From: a virus
Taxonomy: Duplodnaviria > Caudoviricetes
Virus record (IMG/VR): IMGVR_UViG_3300011435_000032
Span: 1-35,529 of that record
Direction: 5' to 3' (one strand)
DNA length: 35,529 nt
The position numbers were made by a program, and so were the translations under genes. Positions 28,601-35,529 of this stretch are shown in pieces. Each line of letters opens with the position of its first letter. Within the stretch, counting starts at the first letter, position 1. Below the pieces are notes generated by a model that saw only the letters and a list, made by a program, of their open reading frames with translations, did no database searches and was not told the DNA's origin.

Positions 28601-30258
28601 CCGGGGAAGACGGCCGGAATGCAGCGACAGTTTGATATCAGAAGGTTACTTGCTACAATCGTTCCATTACTCGACTGGAGGTCATACACGTGCCCCCGAA
28701 AATCCACATCAAGAATTTCGATGATCTGGTCCGGCAGTACAAGCTCGGGCACTCGCTGCATGAGTTGTCGCGCAAAGAAGGCATTGCGCAGCCCGTACTG
28801 GCTCGACACTTCTCGGATCGCGGTATCAAGATTCGAACACAATCCGAAGCTGCGAAACTCCGATGGAAGCTCGGTCGCAACGTCACGCCGTGCGTGACAG
28901 GCCGACTCTCCGGGGTCTCTGGCATCAAGAAGAGTCCCACGCACAAGGCTGCGATTGCCCGAAGTCGCATGCGAAATCTTCGGAGCAGCGTGGGAAGGTT
29001 CGAGCACGAGACGCTCAGACTGGCACGCACGATCCGTTCGGAGGCGACGCCGCAATTCGCTGTCGACAGTTACAATCTCGATATCGCCTTCCCCAAATCG
29101 CGCGTCGCCATCGAATTGCTCGTCAAACCTCCGCAGAGTCGTCGGGACTTCACCAGAACGCTTGAACGTCTCAAACACCTGCTCGATCGTGGTTGGTCTG
29201 TATTGTTCATTGTCTGGCGACCACTCGGCGCGCAGCGCGGACAAACCATCTTCGTCCCGGCCGCTATACGAAAGCAGATAGTCACCTTCTTTCAACTCAC
29301 CCGCGCGCTTCCACCCGGCCAAAGTCGGTATCGCGTGATTCGGGGTAACGGAGAGCGACTGACCGTGAGTAGTACGGATTTTCCGGATCTGCCCCGCGTA
29401 TAGCATGCGCATCGCAGCGTTGAATCGACCTTGAACGGGTGTGTCTCCCGCGACACAATTGTAGTGACGCGGCATTGATTCACCGAGTTCATTGAGTGCA
29501 CGCCCGTGTCGTGCAGCACATCCCGGCGTGGTCCGTTCATCAAGCGTGGCCCACCACACCAGCATTGCACCTTGTTCCTGAGCGATATCCTTCATGAGTC
29601 CTGCGAATTGCCGGCGCGCTTCATTGCGATAGATGTTGATCGCTTTACTAGCTGGGCCGCGCGGAGCTTTCAGTTTATCGACGCCGAATGCCTTGTAGAT
29701 CTTCTCGCGGGCGGTATCGAAGTCGTCGCCGTTCAAGAGCGACGAGCGCACCGTGCTCGTGACGTTCGTCTTCAGATCATCGCTCATGGCGAAGACGCGA
29801 TCGAAGAACGTGCCGCCACCGACCGTGCTGGTGGTCAAATCATTGAGCACGAGATTTTTCGCGGGCGGGATCTCATGCACCTGCGCGTCAAGCAGATTGC
29901 CGACCAGCTTGTTGACGACCGGGCGTTGCACGCTCAGAAGTTCCGCGAGACTATCGAGCGCCGTCGTGCCCACCGTCTCGGCGAGTTCCGACACCGTGCG
30001 CGTGATCGCATTGTCGAGGGCTTGGGCTCCCATCGTGGATCGGGCGCGCAGAAACGTGGTGTCGCGCCCGAGGAATTCGTCATACACGGAGCGCAACCGC
30101 TCGATCATCGTGCCGCGTGAATCTTGATAGAGACGGGCGAGGTCGAGGGCGTCGGTGTCGATACGACGCTCCACCCATTCGCGCGTTTTCTGTGCCGCGC
30201 GAACCAGCGACGCCTGAAGATCTTTCGGGGACGGGTCCGCCTCGCGGAGAACCACCAC
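25666..30258 (-). CDS. MuF/SPP1 gp7-like minor head protein with intein, Nudix hydrolase and C-terminal ADP-ribosyltransferase-like domain
   Basis: WWATLDERTTPGCAARHG...PRHYN/CRC MuF motif; Nudix box GGHVDKAESYAQAAQREMREEAGL (~27628-27699); ART R-S-E triad VYRG / QSATS / EQEVVL (~25970-26226). GTG 30258 directly follows the upstream stop. Confidence 0.88.
25837..25870. repeat. 12-nt tandem repeat (GTCATCGTCCAT x ~2.8) encoding DDDM
   Basis: Seen directly; forms the acidic tail after the ART domain. Confidence 0.85.
28632..28681 (+). promoter_or_regulatory. Antisense sigma70-like promoter and SD inside the intein
   Basis: TTGATA (28632-37), N16, TACAAT (28654-59) with extended TG; GGAGG at 28677-81, 8 nt before GTG 28690. 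Confidence 0.65.
28690..29403 (+). CDS. Antisense-encoded HTH + DUF559/Vsr-like endonuclease (putative homing endonuclease) inside the intein
   Basis: LVRQYKLGHSLHELSRKEGIAQPVLARHFSDRGIKIR (HTH), GIKKSPTHKAAIARSR (NUMOD3-like), FE...QFAVDSYNLDIAFPKSRVAIE...RLKHLLDRGWSVLFI (DUF559-like); own SD and promoter. Confidence 0.82.
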   Translation: MPPKIHIKNFDDLVRQYKLGHSLHELSRKEGIAQPVLARHFSDRGIKIRTQSEAAKLRWKLGRNVTPCVTGRLSGVSGIKKSPTHKAAIARSRMRNLRSSVGRFEHETLRLARTIRSEATPQFAVDSYNLDIAFPKSRVAIELLVKPPQSRRDFTRTLERLKHLLDRGWSVLFIVWRPLGAQRGQTIFVPAAIRKQIVTFFQLTRALPPGQSRYRVIRGNGERLTVSSTDFPDLPRV

Positions 30259-30259
30259 G

Positions 30260-30883
30260 CTAGCCGCGCGAGCGAAGATCCGCGCGAACCGGAGCGGAAA
30301 CCGGCTCGCGCCGCTGCGGCGTCGCAGGCGATGACGGCACACCTTGCGCGGAAGGTTTCCCTTGGGGCTCGGGCGGTTTTCCGCCCGGCGTCGCGTCCCA
30401 CGCGCCGCCCTTTCCCTGCGACGCATTCCATTCGAGCGGTGACGCGCCTCCTGTCGGCGCGCGCGGTTGCGGAGGCGGATTCACCGCCTTGTCGACCGCC
30501 GCCTGTACGTCAGGGCCGACGAGCGAACCCGTGAAGGAGTCTGCGAGCCCGAGGGGCGTCTTGGCGACGGTCGCCTGCTCGCGCTGAATCTGCGCGCGTT
30601 CGTCGTCGTAGTCGTAGGATTCGATCCCGAGTTCCTTCGCAATCTGCTCGGCCATGCGACGATGCGAGATCGTGTCGAGCCCTTGCGCCGCTGCGAGGTC
30701 TTTGATCTTGACCGTGCGGTCTTCTTCGTACACGGTCGGGAACACGATGTCGACTTGCATCTCGGAATCATCGGCGATCACTCGGCGCACATGCAGCAAC
30801 GGAGTCGGGGACCACGGAGCCGACACGTCAACGGCTTCGACGATGTGCCGTCGCATCCCTTCACGATAGCGTGGCGTGCTCAT
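30260..30883 (-). CDS. Portal protein C-terminal part encoded as a separate ORF
   Basis: VDIVFPTVYEED...ISHRRMAEQIAKELG...DYDDERAQIQRE is the typical portal crown pattern; ATGA overlap with the portal ORF stop. Confidence 0.7.
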   Translation of the reverse strand: MSTPRYREGMRRHIVEAVDVSAPWSPTPLLHVRRVIADDSEMQVDIVFPTVYEEDRTVKIKDLAAAQGLDTISHRRMAEQIAKELGIESYDYDDERAQIQREQATVAKTPLGLADSFTGSLVGPDVQAAVDKAVNPPPQPRAPTGGASPLEWNASQGKGGAWDATPGGKPPEPQGKPSAQGVPSSPATPQRREPVSAPVRADLRSRG

Positions 30884-32991
30884 TGGATCGGCTCCCGTTG
30901 AATGCGCATCGGTTCACGCAAAGGTGCGCCCGCGCGCGGCCCGTCGTCTTCATCCGGCACGAGTTCAGGGTCACCACGCACGGACGAGGGGCGGATGCGG
31001 CCCGCTTGCAGCGCCGCCGCAATCACGCGATCGTAGATGTCTTCGAGCGTTTCTCGCATGATCTGTTGCCGGTCTTCGACCGCTTTCACGGCCGGGTCCG
31101 TGCGCACGAGCGCCGTCGCCCGCGGTGCGCCGCCCGTCTCGATATTGAAATACTCGGCGGGCAGGTTGAGCGACGTGGCGACGATCGCGGCGATTTGCTG
31201 GCCGATGCCGCCGCTCCCACGATTGGCCGTCAACTGCGCCGACGACGGCGAGAGTTCGACGGACTCGTTCTCGATCCACACACCACCAGGCGGGGGCAAC
31301 TCCGTCATTGACGGATCGGTGAGAAACTTGTCGACGTCCGTCTGGTCACCGCGCACTTTGATCTTCCACACGAGGTTCGCTTCGAGTAGCGCCTTGACGG
31401 TCTGCCCATTGTAGAAGTCATTGAAGCGTTTCAGCCACGGCATCGACGGGAGGAGATCGCTGCGCCCGCGCTTCTCCTGCGACGATTCGTTGATCTTCAC
31501 GTGCACGATGTTCGTGGGCGGCACCTGCTGAATGATGTACTTCGACACGGGAATGTTGCCGCTCACCCACACCTGATACGGCGTCGGCCACTGAAAGTGA
31601 TAGTAGTAGACGCGCTCGATATCTTCAGGATCGGTCACCACTTCCCAACACGTGCTTGCGTCGAGATTGCGCAAGCCGATGTGGCCGGGGCGCGGTTCGT
31701 AGAATCGCAAGAGCAACTCACCCTGCCACATCAAGTCGCTCGTCATGTGGCGCAGCTTCCGCCGCATAGTTTCACGATCCCAGAACTCGTTCCAGATCTT
31801 GTGCGCCACGTTGTTCTTCACGTGAAAGGACAAACCGCGCCCGAGCACGAAGCGCGTCATGATCTTGTTGGCCGACGCGGCGAGCGCGTTGTGGTTCTTC
31901 AACTCAAATGAGTTATGCACGAAGACGCCTTGACCGACCGCGAAGTTGTGATGTTTCTCGACAGTCAGGTCGTACACGTCGGCACGACCGATCGATCGGA
32001 CGGAGACCACGCGATGATTCACAGCGCGCTTGAATCCTTTTCCAGTGACCACCACACCCGACTTGCGCCACTTCTCCACACGCGCCGCGCGTTCGTCTGG
32101 CGTGTACTCCATCGCCACTCGCTTGTGTGTCGGCTCCCACACCGACACGCACGGCTGATACACGTGCTCGTACCCCTTCACGGTCTTGCGATAGAGAGGC
32201 ATGAGCGAGTCGTCGGGGAGAAGTTTCTGCGCCTGACGGTAGGAGCCATCGCGCAGCATGAAGAGATGGTCAGGGGTGCACTCGATTGTTTCACCGTTGT
32301 CCAACAGCACTGAGACAAGTTCTTGATCGCGTCCGGTACGCTTCGCCCACTTCGCGAGACCAGGGACGACGCGGCCCTTGGCATCGCAGGAGTACACCCA
32401 GAAGTTTCGCCGCCGCTCATGTGCAAGTTGTTCGATCGTCACTGTCGTGCCGTCGAGCAGCGGGATCGGTGTCGATCCCACGAGACATCGCGCGTGCATT
32501 TGCAAGTAGTCGGTCAGGTAAAGCTGTTTGGAAAATGGGCCAGCAAGCGTCGGCACGAATTCGTGGTCGATCAGATGCGTCGCACTGCGGCCATACGTCT
32601 CGCCCGTATCGAAGTCGTCGCCGCTTTCGAGGAACCGCTTGTGCTGCCCACGATCGGACTCGAAGAACGCGCGCAAGTCACGCACACTCGTGATGACGCG
32701 CGGTCGCCAGCGTTCTGATTCACGGATCGGTTCGAGCATCACCGCGCGCAGGCCCGGATGGACCTTCACGCCCGCTTCGGTGGTGATCGTGTCGCGGACG
32801 TTGAATCGCTTGACGTATTCCTCGACGGGCACGCGGAAGGACGCCGCATTGAAGTCGGCGTCAGGGTCATAGGGCGGGGCGGGTCGCGAGCCGGCTGTCG
32901 GACGGGCCACCCGAGGACGGGCCACGTCGACCAGTTCATCCCCGACGTGCGCATGCCCGTTCGTCCCGAGAGTAATCGGCTGTCGCGCCAT
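30880..32991 (-). CDS. Portal protein (intein-containing), N-terminal/main part
   Basis: Follows terL; FVLGRG, WNEFW, GELLL, IVHVKIN...KRGRSDL, NLPAEYF portal motifs; ATG 32991 with GGAGG SD. Confidence 0.88.
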   Translation of the reverse strand: MARQPITLGTNGHAHVGDELVDVARPRVARPTAGSRPAPPYDPDADFNAASFRVPVEEYVKRFNVRDTITTEAGVKVHPGLRAVMLEPIRESERWRPRVITSVRDLRAFFESDRGQHKRFLESGDDFDTGETYGRSATHLIDHEFVPTLAGPFSKQLYLTDYLQMHARCLVGSTPIPLLDGTTVTIEQLAHERRRNFWVYSCDAKGRVVPGLAKWAKRTGRDQELVSVLLDNGETIECTPDHLFMLRDGSYRQAQKLLPDDSLMPLYRKTVKGYEHVYQPCVSVWEPTHKRVAMEYTPDERAARVEKWRKSGVVVTGKGFKRAVNHRVVSVRSIGRADVYDLTVEKHHNFAVGQGVFVHNSFELKNHNALAASANKIMTRFVLGRGLSFHVKNNVAHKIWNEFWDRETMRRKLRHMTSDLMWQGELLLRFYEPRPGHIGLRNLDASTCWEVVTDPEDIERVYYYHFQWPTPYQVWVSGNIPVSKYIIQQVPPTNIVHVKINESSQEKRGRSDLLPSMPWLKRFNDFYNGQTVKALLEANLVWKIKVRGDQTDVDKFLTDPSMTELPPPGGVWIENESVELSPSSAQLTANRGSGGIGQQIAAIVATSLNLPAEYFNIETGGAPRATALVRTDPAVKAVEDRQQIMRETLEDIYDRVIAAALQAGRIRPSSVRGDPELVPDEDDGPRAGAPLREPMRIQREPIQ
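31912..32487 (-). mobile_element. Mini-intein (192 aa) in portal with remnant of an HNH endonuclease
   Basis: C1 CLVGSTPI, block B ECTPDHLF, block F DVYDLTV, terminal HN followed by Ser+1; short insert KGYEHV...WEPTHKRVA. Confidence 0.93.
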
Positions 32992-33246
32992 GGAGCCCTC
33001 CCTATGGCCGTGCATCATCGCCGATCTCACAGGACCATTGCAAGTTTTGACGGAAGCGCGCCGAGCGTGGGGTCAGCAAAGCCGGCATCACGGCCCGCAC
33101 GAGCCCACTGGCAAACCCTCTGCCCGCCGTCGCTCGTGCCGATCAGCGGAGCGCGCTGCCACCTATTGCCGGGTTACATACGGGCCTCCTGACGTCTCAC
33201 GTGCACAGCACCCGGCCAGGACACTACGGCATTCGCGGCCGGCGTG

Positions 33247-33426
33247 TCAACGGGCACGCTCGGGCGGATTGGGCGGCATCGGCACGTCCGCGTCCGTCTT
33301 GTCGGGCGGATTCTTCGGAAGCGGAATGTCATCGATCGTCTTGTCAGGCGGATTCTCGGGCATGGGCGGGATCGGAGCCTTGGCCTTCTTTGGCGTCTTC
33401 ACGTTCTTCTTCTTGAACGTCGGCAT
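33247..33426 (-). CDS. 59-aa Lys/Pro-rich repeat peptide
   Basis: Below the ORF-track cutoff; AAGGAG SD; MPTFKKKNVKTPKKAKAP followed by three P[ML]PxNPP[DE] units. Confidence 0.7.
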   Translation of the reverse strand: MPTFKKKNVKTPKKAKAPIPPMPENPPDKTIDDIPLPKNPPDKTDADVPMPPNPPERAR

Positions 33427-33438
33427 AATGGTTCTCCT

Positions 33439-35262
33439 TCAACGATAGCGGTTCATCCGTGCGGCTTGTCCCCCCACGATGGAGCCGGCGCGCGGGGACA
33501 CCATCGCGCCGGCTTGTCCGGTTCGAGACGGCGAGCCCACAAGCAATGCACGCGGCACCAAGGTCGCCTTGCGCGTGTGCGGCACACCCGAGACCGGCGT
33601 GATGATCGGCTGCTCGCGCCCCGCAATCCACCAACACAGGAGCAACGCGTGAAAGTGGTCGGGCGACTTGCGGCCTTCAATCGCGCCCGCCGCTTGCGCA
33701 TATTCGTCGACGTCATCGGGATCGACGATCCGAATGCGACCGATCGCATCGAATTCTTGTTTGACCATGGACACCTGCCCAATCAACGCTTCGAGAAATG
33801 TCGTGCGCGCCGTGGGCACAGCGGTGCCATCGACTTCGGTTGCGTGGCGCAAGCGCGCCAGCGAGATCAAGCCTTGTTCGAAGCCAGAGCGCAGCGCCCA
33901 TCCCATTTGTGATTTCAGATTTGTAAAGTGGGACTCGATCAGATGTTTGCGCTTGCGCGTCTCACGTTCTTCCGGCGTGCGCGGCTTATCGGTGGGCGAG
34001 GCTCCAAAGTTGATCGGGATCACGTTCTCGCCCGCGTGTCGCAAGATATCCGTCACGCCACCCCCGAGCCCGGTGTCGTCAATCACGATGTACTCTGCGC
34101 CGATCTCTCTGCGCATGCGGGAGCACGCTTCCGCCGTCACGACGACCGAGCGATACAGAGGATGTTTCGGGTCCGCGCCGATGCCATACGTGCGCGCTTC
34201 CGGGGCGGTGGATTCTTCCGGCGTGCGCGCGATCGTTTCGCCGCACAAGATCGAGCCGCCTTCAGCACCGATCAGGACGGTGCGGTCGCGACCGTGGCGG
34301 GCGACGTCGCAGGCCACCACACGCGGCCCGTCGCATCCGTCTTCGATATCTTCGGCGCGTTCGAGCCACGTGTACGGCACGAGCACGTCACCCTCGAAGG
34401 AGGGGAAGTCGCCCACGACACGCGCGACGAACACGGGCGAGTCTTCGCCCCACTCCTGCGCACGATCACGCACCCATTCCGGACGCACACGCTCGGAAAA
34501 GTAGAGACGCTCAGGCGGGTGGGCGTGCGAATACTTTTCGCGCAGGACGGCGGGGCGGATGACGAACAGCGATTTCCACGTGGTGCGGTATTGCGTAAAG
34601 ACTTTGTAGAACTCTCCGACCTGCCCGCCCGGCGTTGACGCGACGAGGAGCTTGGCTTCTTGCGTCGTGCGCATGCCGGCCATGGATTCCCACGTCTGAC
34701 GCGGGATGCCTTTGGCTTCGTCGAAGATCGAGAGCAAGTGTTCGGAGTGATAGCCTTCGATGTTCAGCGATTGCGACGACGCGATGCCGACTGCGAACCA
34801 GTCGAGCGGACCTGAGCGCGCATTCGAGCGCGCGGCGAGCGGCAGAGCTTGGAGCCGCGTCGTCTGCAACTCGAAGAATTGCGTGAGCCACGGCGAGCGC
34901 GCCTCGGCCACACGCCACCACTTACTGACGCCTTGCGCCCACAACACATCTTTGACCTGTTTGCTGAACGTGGGAGCCGTCGTGGGCACGACGGCGAACG
35001 GGCGCGTGGTGGTGAACCACAAGATCACCCACGCGAGCAGCGAGGTCTTTCCTGCGCCGTGGCACGAGCGCACGGCGACGTTTTCGTGTTCCATGATCGC
35101 GTCGAGCACATCGCATTGCCACGGATCGGGCGTGCCGGCCAGGACGTCCTGCACATAGCGCACAGGTTCGAGCGCCCACGCGCGGAAGGCGTCGACGAGT
35201 TGATCCGTCTCGTCGACGTCATCCACAACGGCCGCGACGTCGGGCGGTATGCGCGGGGGCAT
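33439..35262 (-). CDS. terL: Terminase large subunit
   Basis: Walker A RSCHGAGKT, Walker B SIFDEAKG, coupling motif STP, nuclease ACDVARHGRD / IDDTGLGGG / SPD. Confidence 0.96.
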   Translation of the reverse strand: MPPRIPPDVAAVVDDVDETDQLVDAFRAWALEPVRYVQDVLAGTPDPWQCDVLDAIMEHENVAVRSCHGAGKTSLLAWVILWFTTTRPFAVVPTTAPTFSKQVKDVLWAQGVSKWWRVAEARSPWLTQFFELQTTRLQALPLAARSNARSGPLDWFAVGIASSQSLNIEGYHSEHLLSIFDEAKGIPRQTWESMAGMRTTQEAKLLVASTPGGQVGEFYKVFTQYRTTWKSLFVIRPAVLREKYSHAHPPERLYFSERVRPEWVRDRAQEWGEDSPVFVARVVGDFPSFEGDVLVPYTWLERAEDIEDGCDGPRVVACDVARHGRDRTVLIGAEGGSILCGETIARTPEESTAPEARTYGIGADPKHPLYRSVVVTAEACSRMRREIGAEYIVIDDTGLGGGVTDILRHAGENVIPINFGASPTDKPRTPEERETRKRKHLIESHFTNLKSQMGWALRSGFEQGLISLARLRHATEVDGTAVPTARTTFLEALIGQVSMVKQEFDAIGRIRIVDPDDVDEYAQAAGAIEGRKSPDHFHALLLCWWIAGREQPIITPVSGVPHTRKATLVPRALLVGSPSRTGQAGAMVSPRAGSIVGGQAARMNRYR

Positions 35263-35390
35263 CAGGTCAGGAGTATGACATAGACCGGGCCGAGTCGAGA
35301 AGGACGGGGCGCGATGTGCGTGCGGCGGTAGTGCTCGGCCAGCGTCTCAATTTCAGATGTGACGAACCCACATGCGCACCGGAGCGTCAC
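35262..35390 (-). CDS. Small C2H2-like Zn-finger protein (42 aa)
   Basis: GTG with GGAGG SD; MTLRCACGFVTSEIETLAEHYRRTH...; TGATG overlap with the terL start. Confidence 0.5.
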   Translation of the reverse strand: MTLRCACGFVTSEIETLAEHYRRTHIAPRPSRLGPVYVILLT

Positions 35391-35529
35391 ACGCGCGGCC
35401 TCCGACCGAAGGGCTTGGGCGGCATGGGCAGGGGATAACGATAGCGCGACATGGATTCTGGCGCAGGCGCAGGCGGCGGCACATCATCAATCGGCGCGAA
35501 ACTCAACCGATGGGCATGGGCCATGACAC

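Larger units (their letters stand above)
28630..29457 (-). mobile_element. Intein (276 aa) in the MuF HxN/CRC motif
   Basis: C1 CVAGDTPV, block B SVTPNH, block F GHVYDLQS, terminal SN followed by Cys+1. No LAGLIDADG or HNH motif in frame. Confidence 0.92.

Noticed and set aside
30259-30426. Arg-rich N-terminal extension of the MuF ORF (similar extensions at 25683-25784, 14065-14370, 15524-15700)
   Set aside because: These overlap upstream genes in another frame; coupled downstream starts fit better.
31915-32313. Antisense ORF within the portal intein
   Set aside because: Checked for a parallel to the MuF intein; no nuclease or HTH motif, so treated as a shadow ORF.
33640-33670. SPDHFHA in terL where SPDxxDA is usual, as a sign of inactivation
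   Set aside because: The other nuclease acidic residues and the ATPase motifs are intact, and this position varies among terminases.
35387-35529. Pro-rich minus-strand ORF at the right edge as the small terminase
   Set aside because: Too short or truncated and no recognisable motif.

Overview
GC-rich tailed-phage or prophage morphogenesis region (siphovirus-like), almost entirely on the minus strand. Read right to left it encodes: large terminase; a portal split into two coupled ORFs with a mini-intein; a ~1530-aa MuF/gp7-type minor head protein carrying an intein, a Nudix domain and an R-S-E ADP-ribosyltransferase-like domain; a PI3/PI4-kinase-like protein; a two-domain protein ending in a PD-(D/E)xK nuclease; an accessory block (secreted moron-like protein, Zn-ribbon proteins, HiPIP-like protein, membrane protein); prohead protease-scaffold; decoration protein; Mu gpT-like major capsid; head-tail and tail-completion genes; tail tube; tail chaperone with a -1 frameshift; a 2681-aa tape measure; and distal tail/LamG proteins running off the left edge. 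Two observations stand out. (1) The MuF intein has no in-frame endonuclease. Instead it encodes an HTH + DUF559/Vsr-like endonuclease on the opposite strand, with its own sigma70-like promoter and Shine-Dalgarno written into the intein C-terminal splicing motifs. (2) A repeated peptide tag (VRAxLV.LREEWDEEKHPRxxxGxF-GGGG) precedes four putative effector domains. Three are followed by a small partner module, one of them overprinted out of frame, and the ART domain by an acidic tail. This suggests a protease-processed, capsid-loaded effector/immunity array. All functional calls come from motif recognition by eye; no database searches were run.
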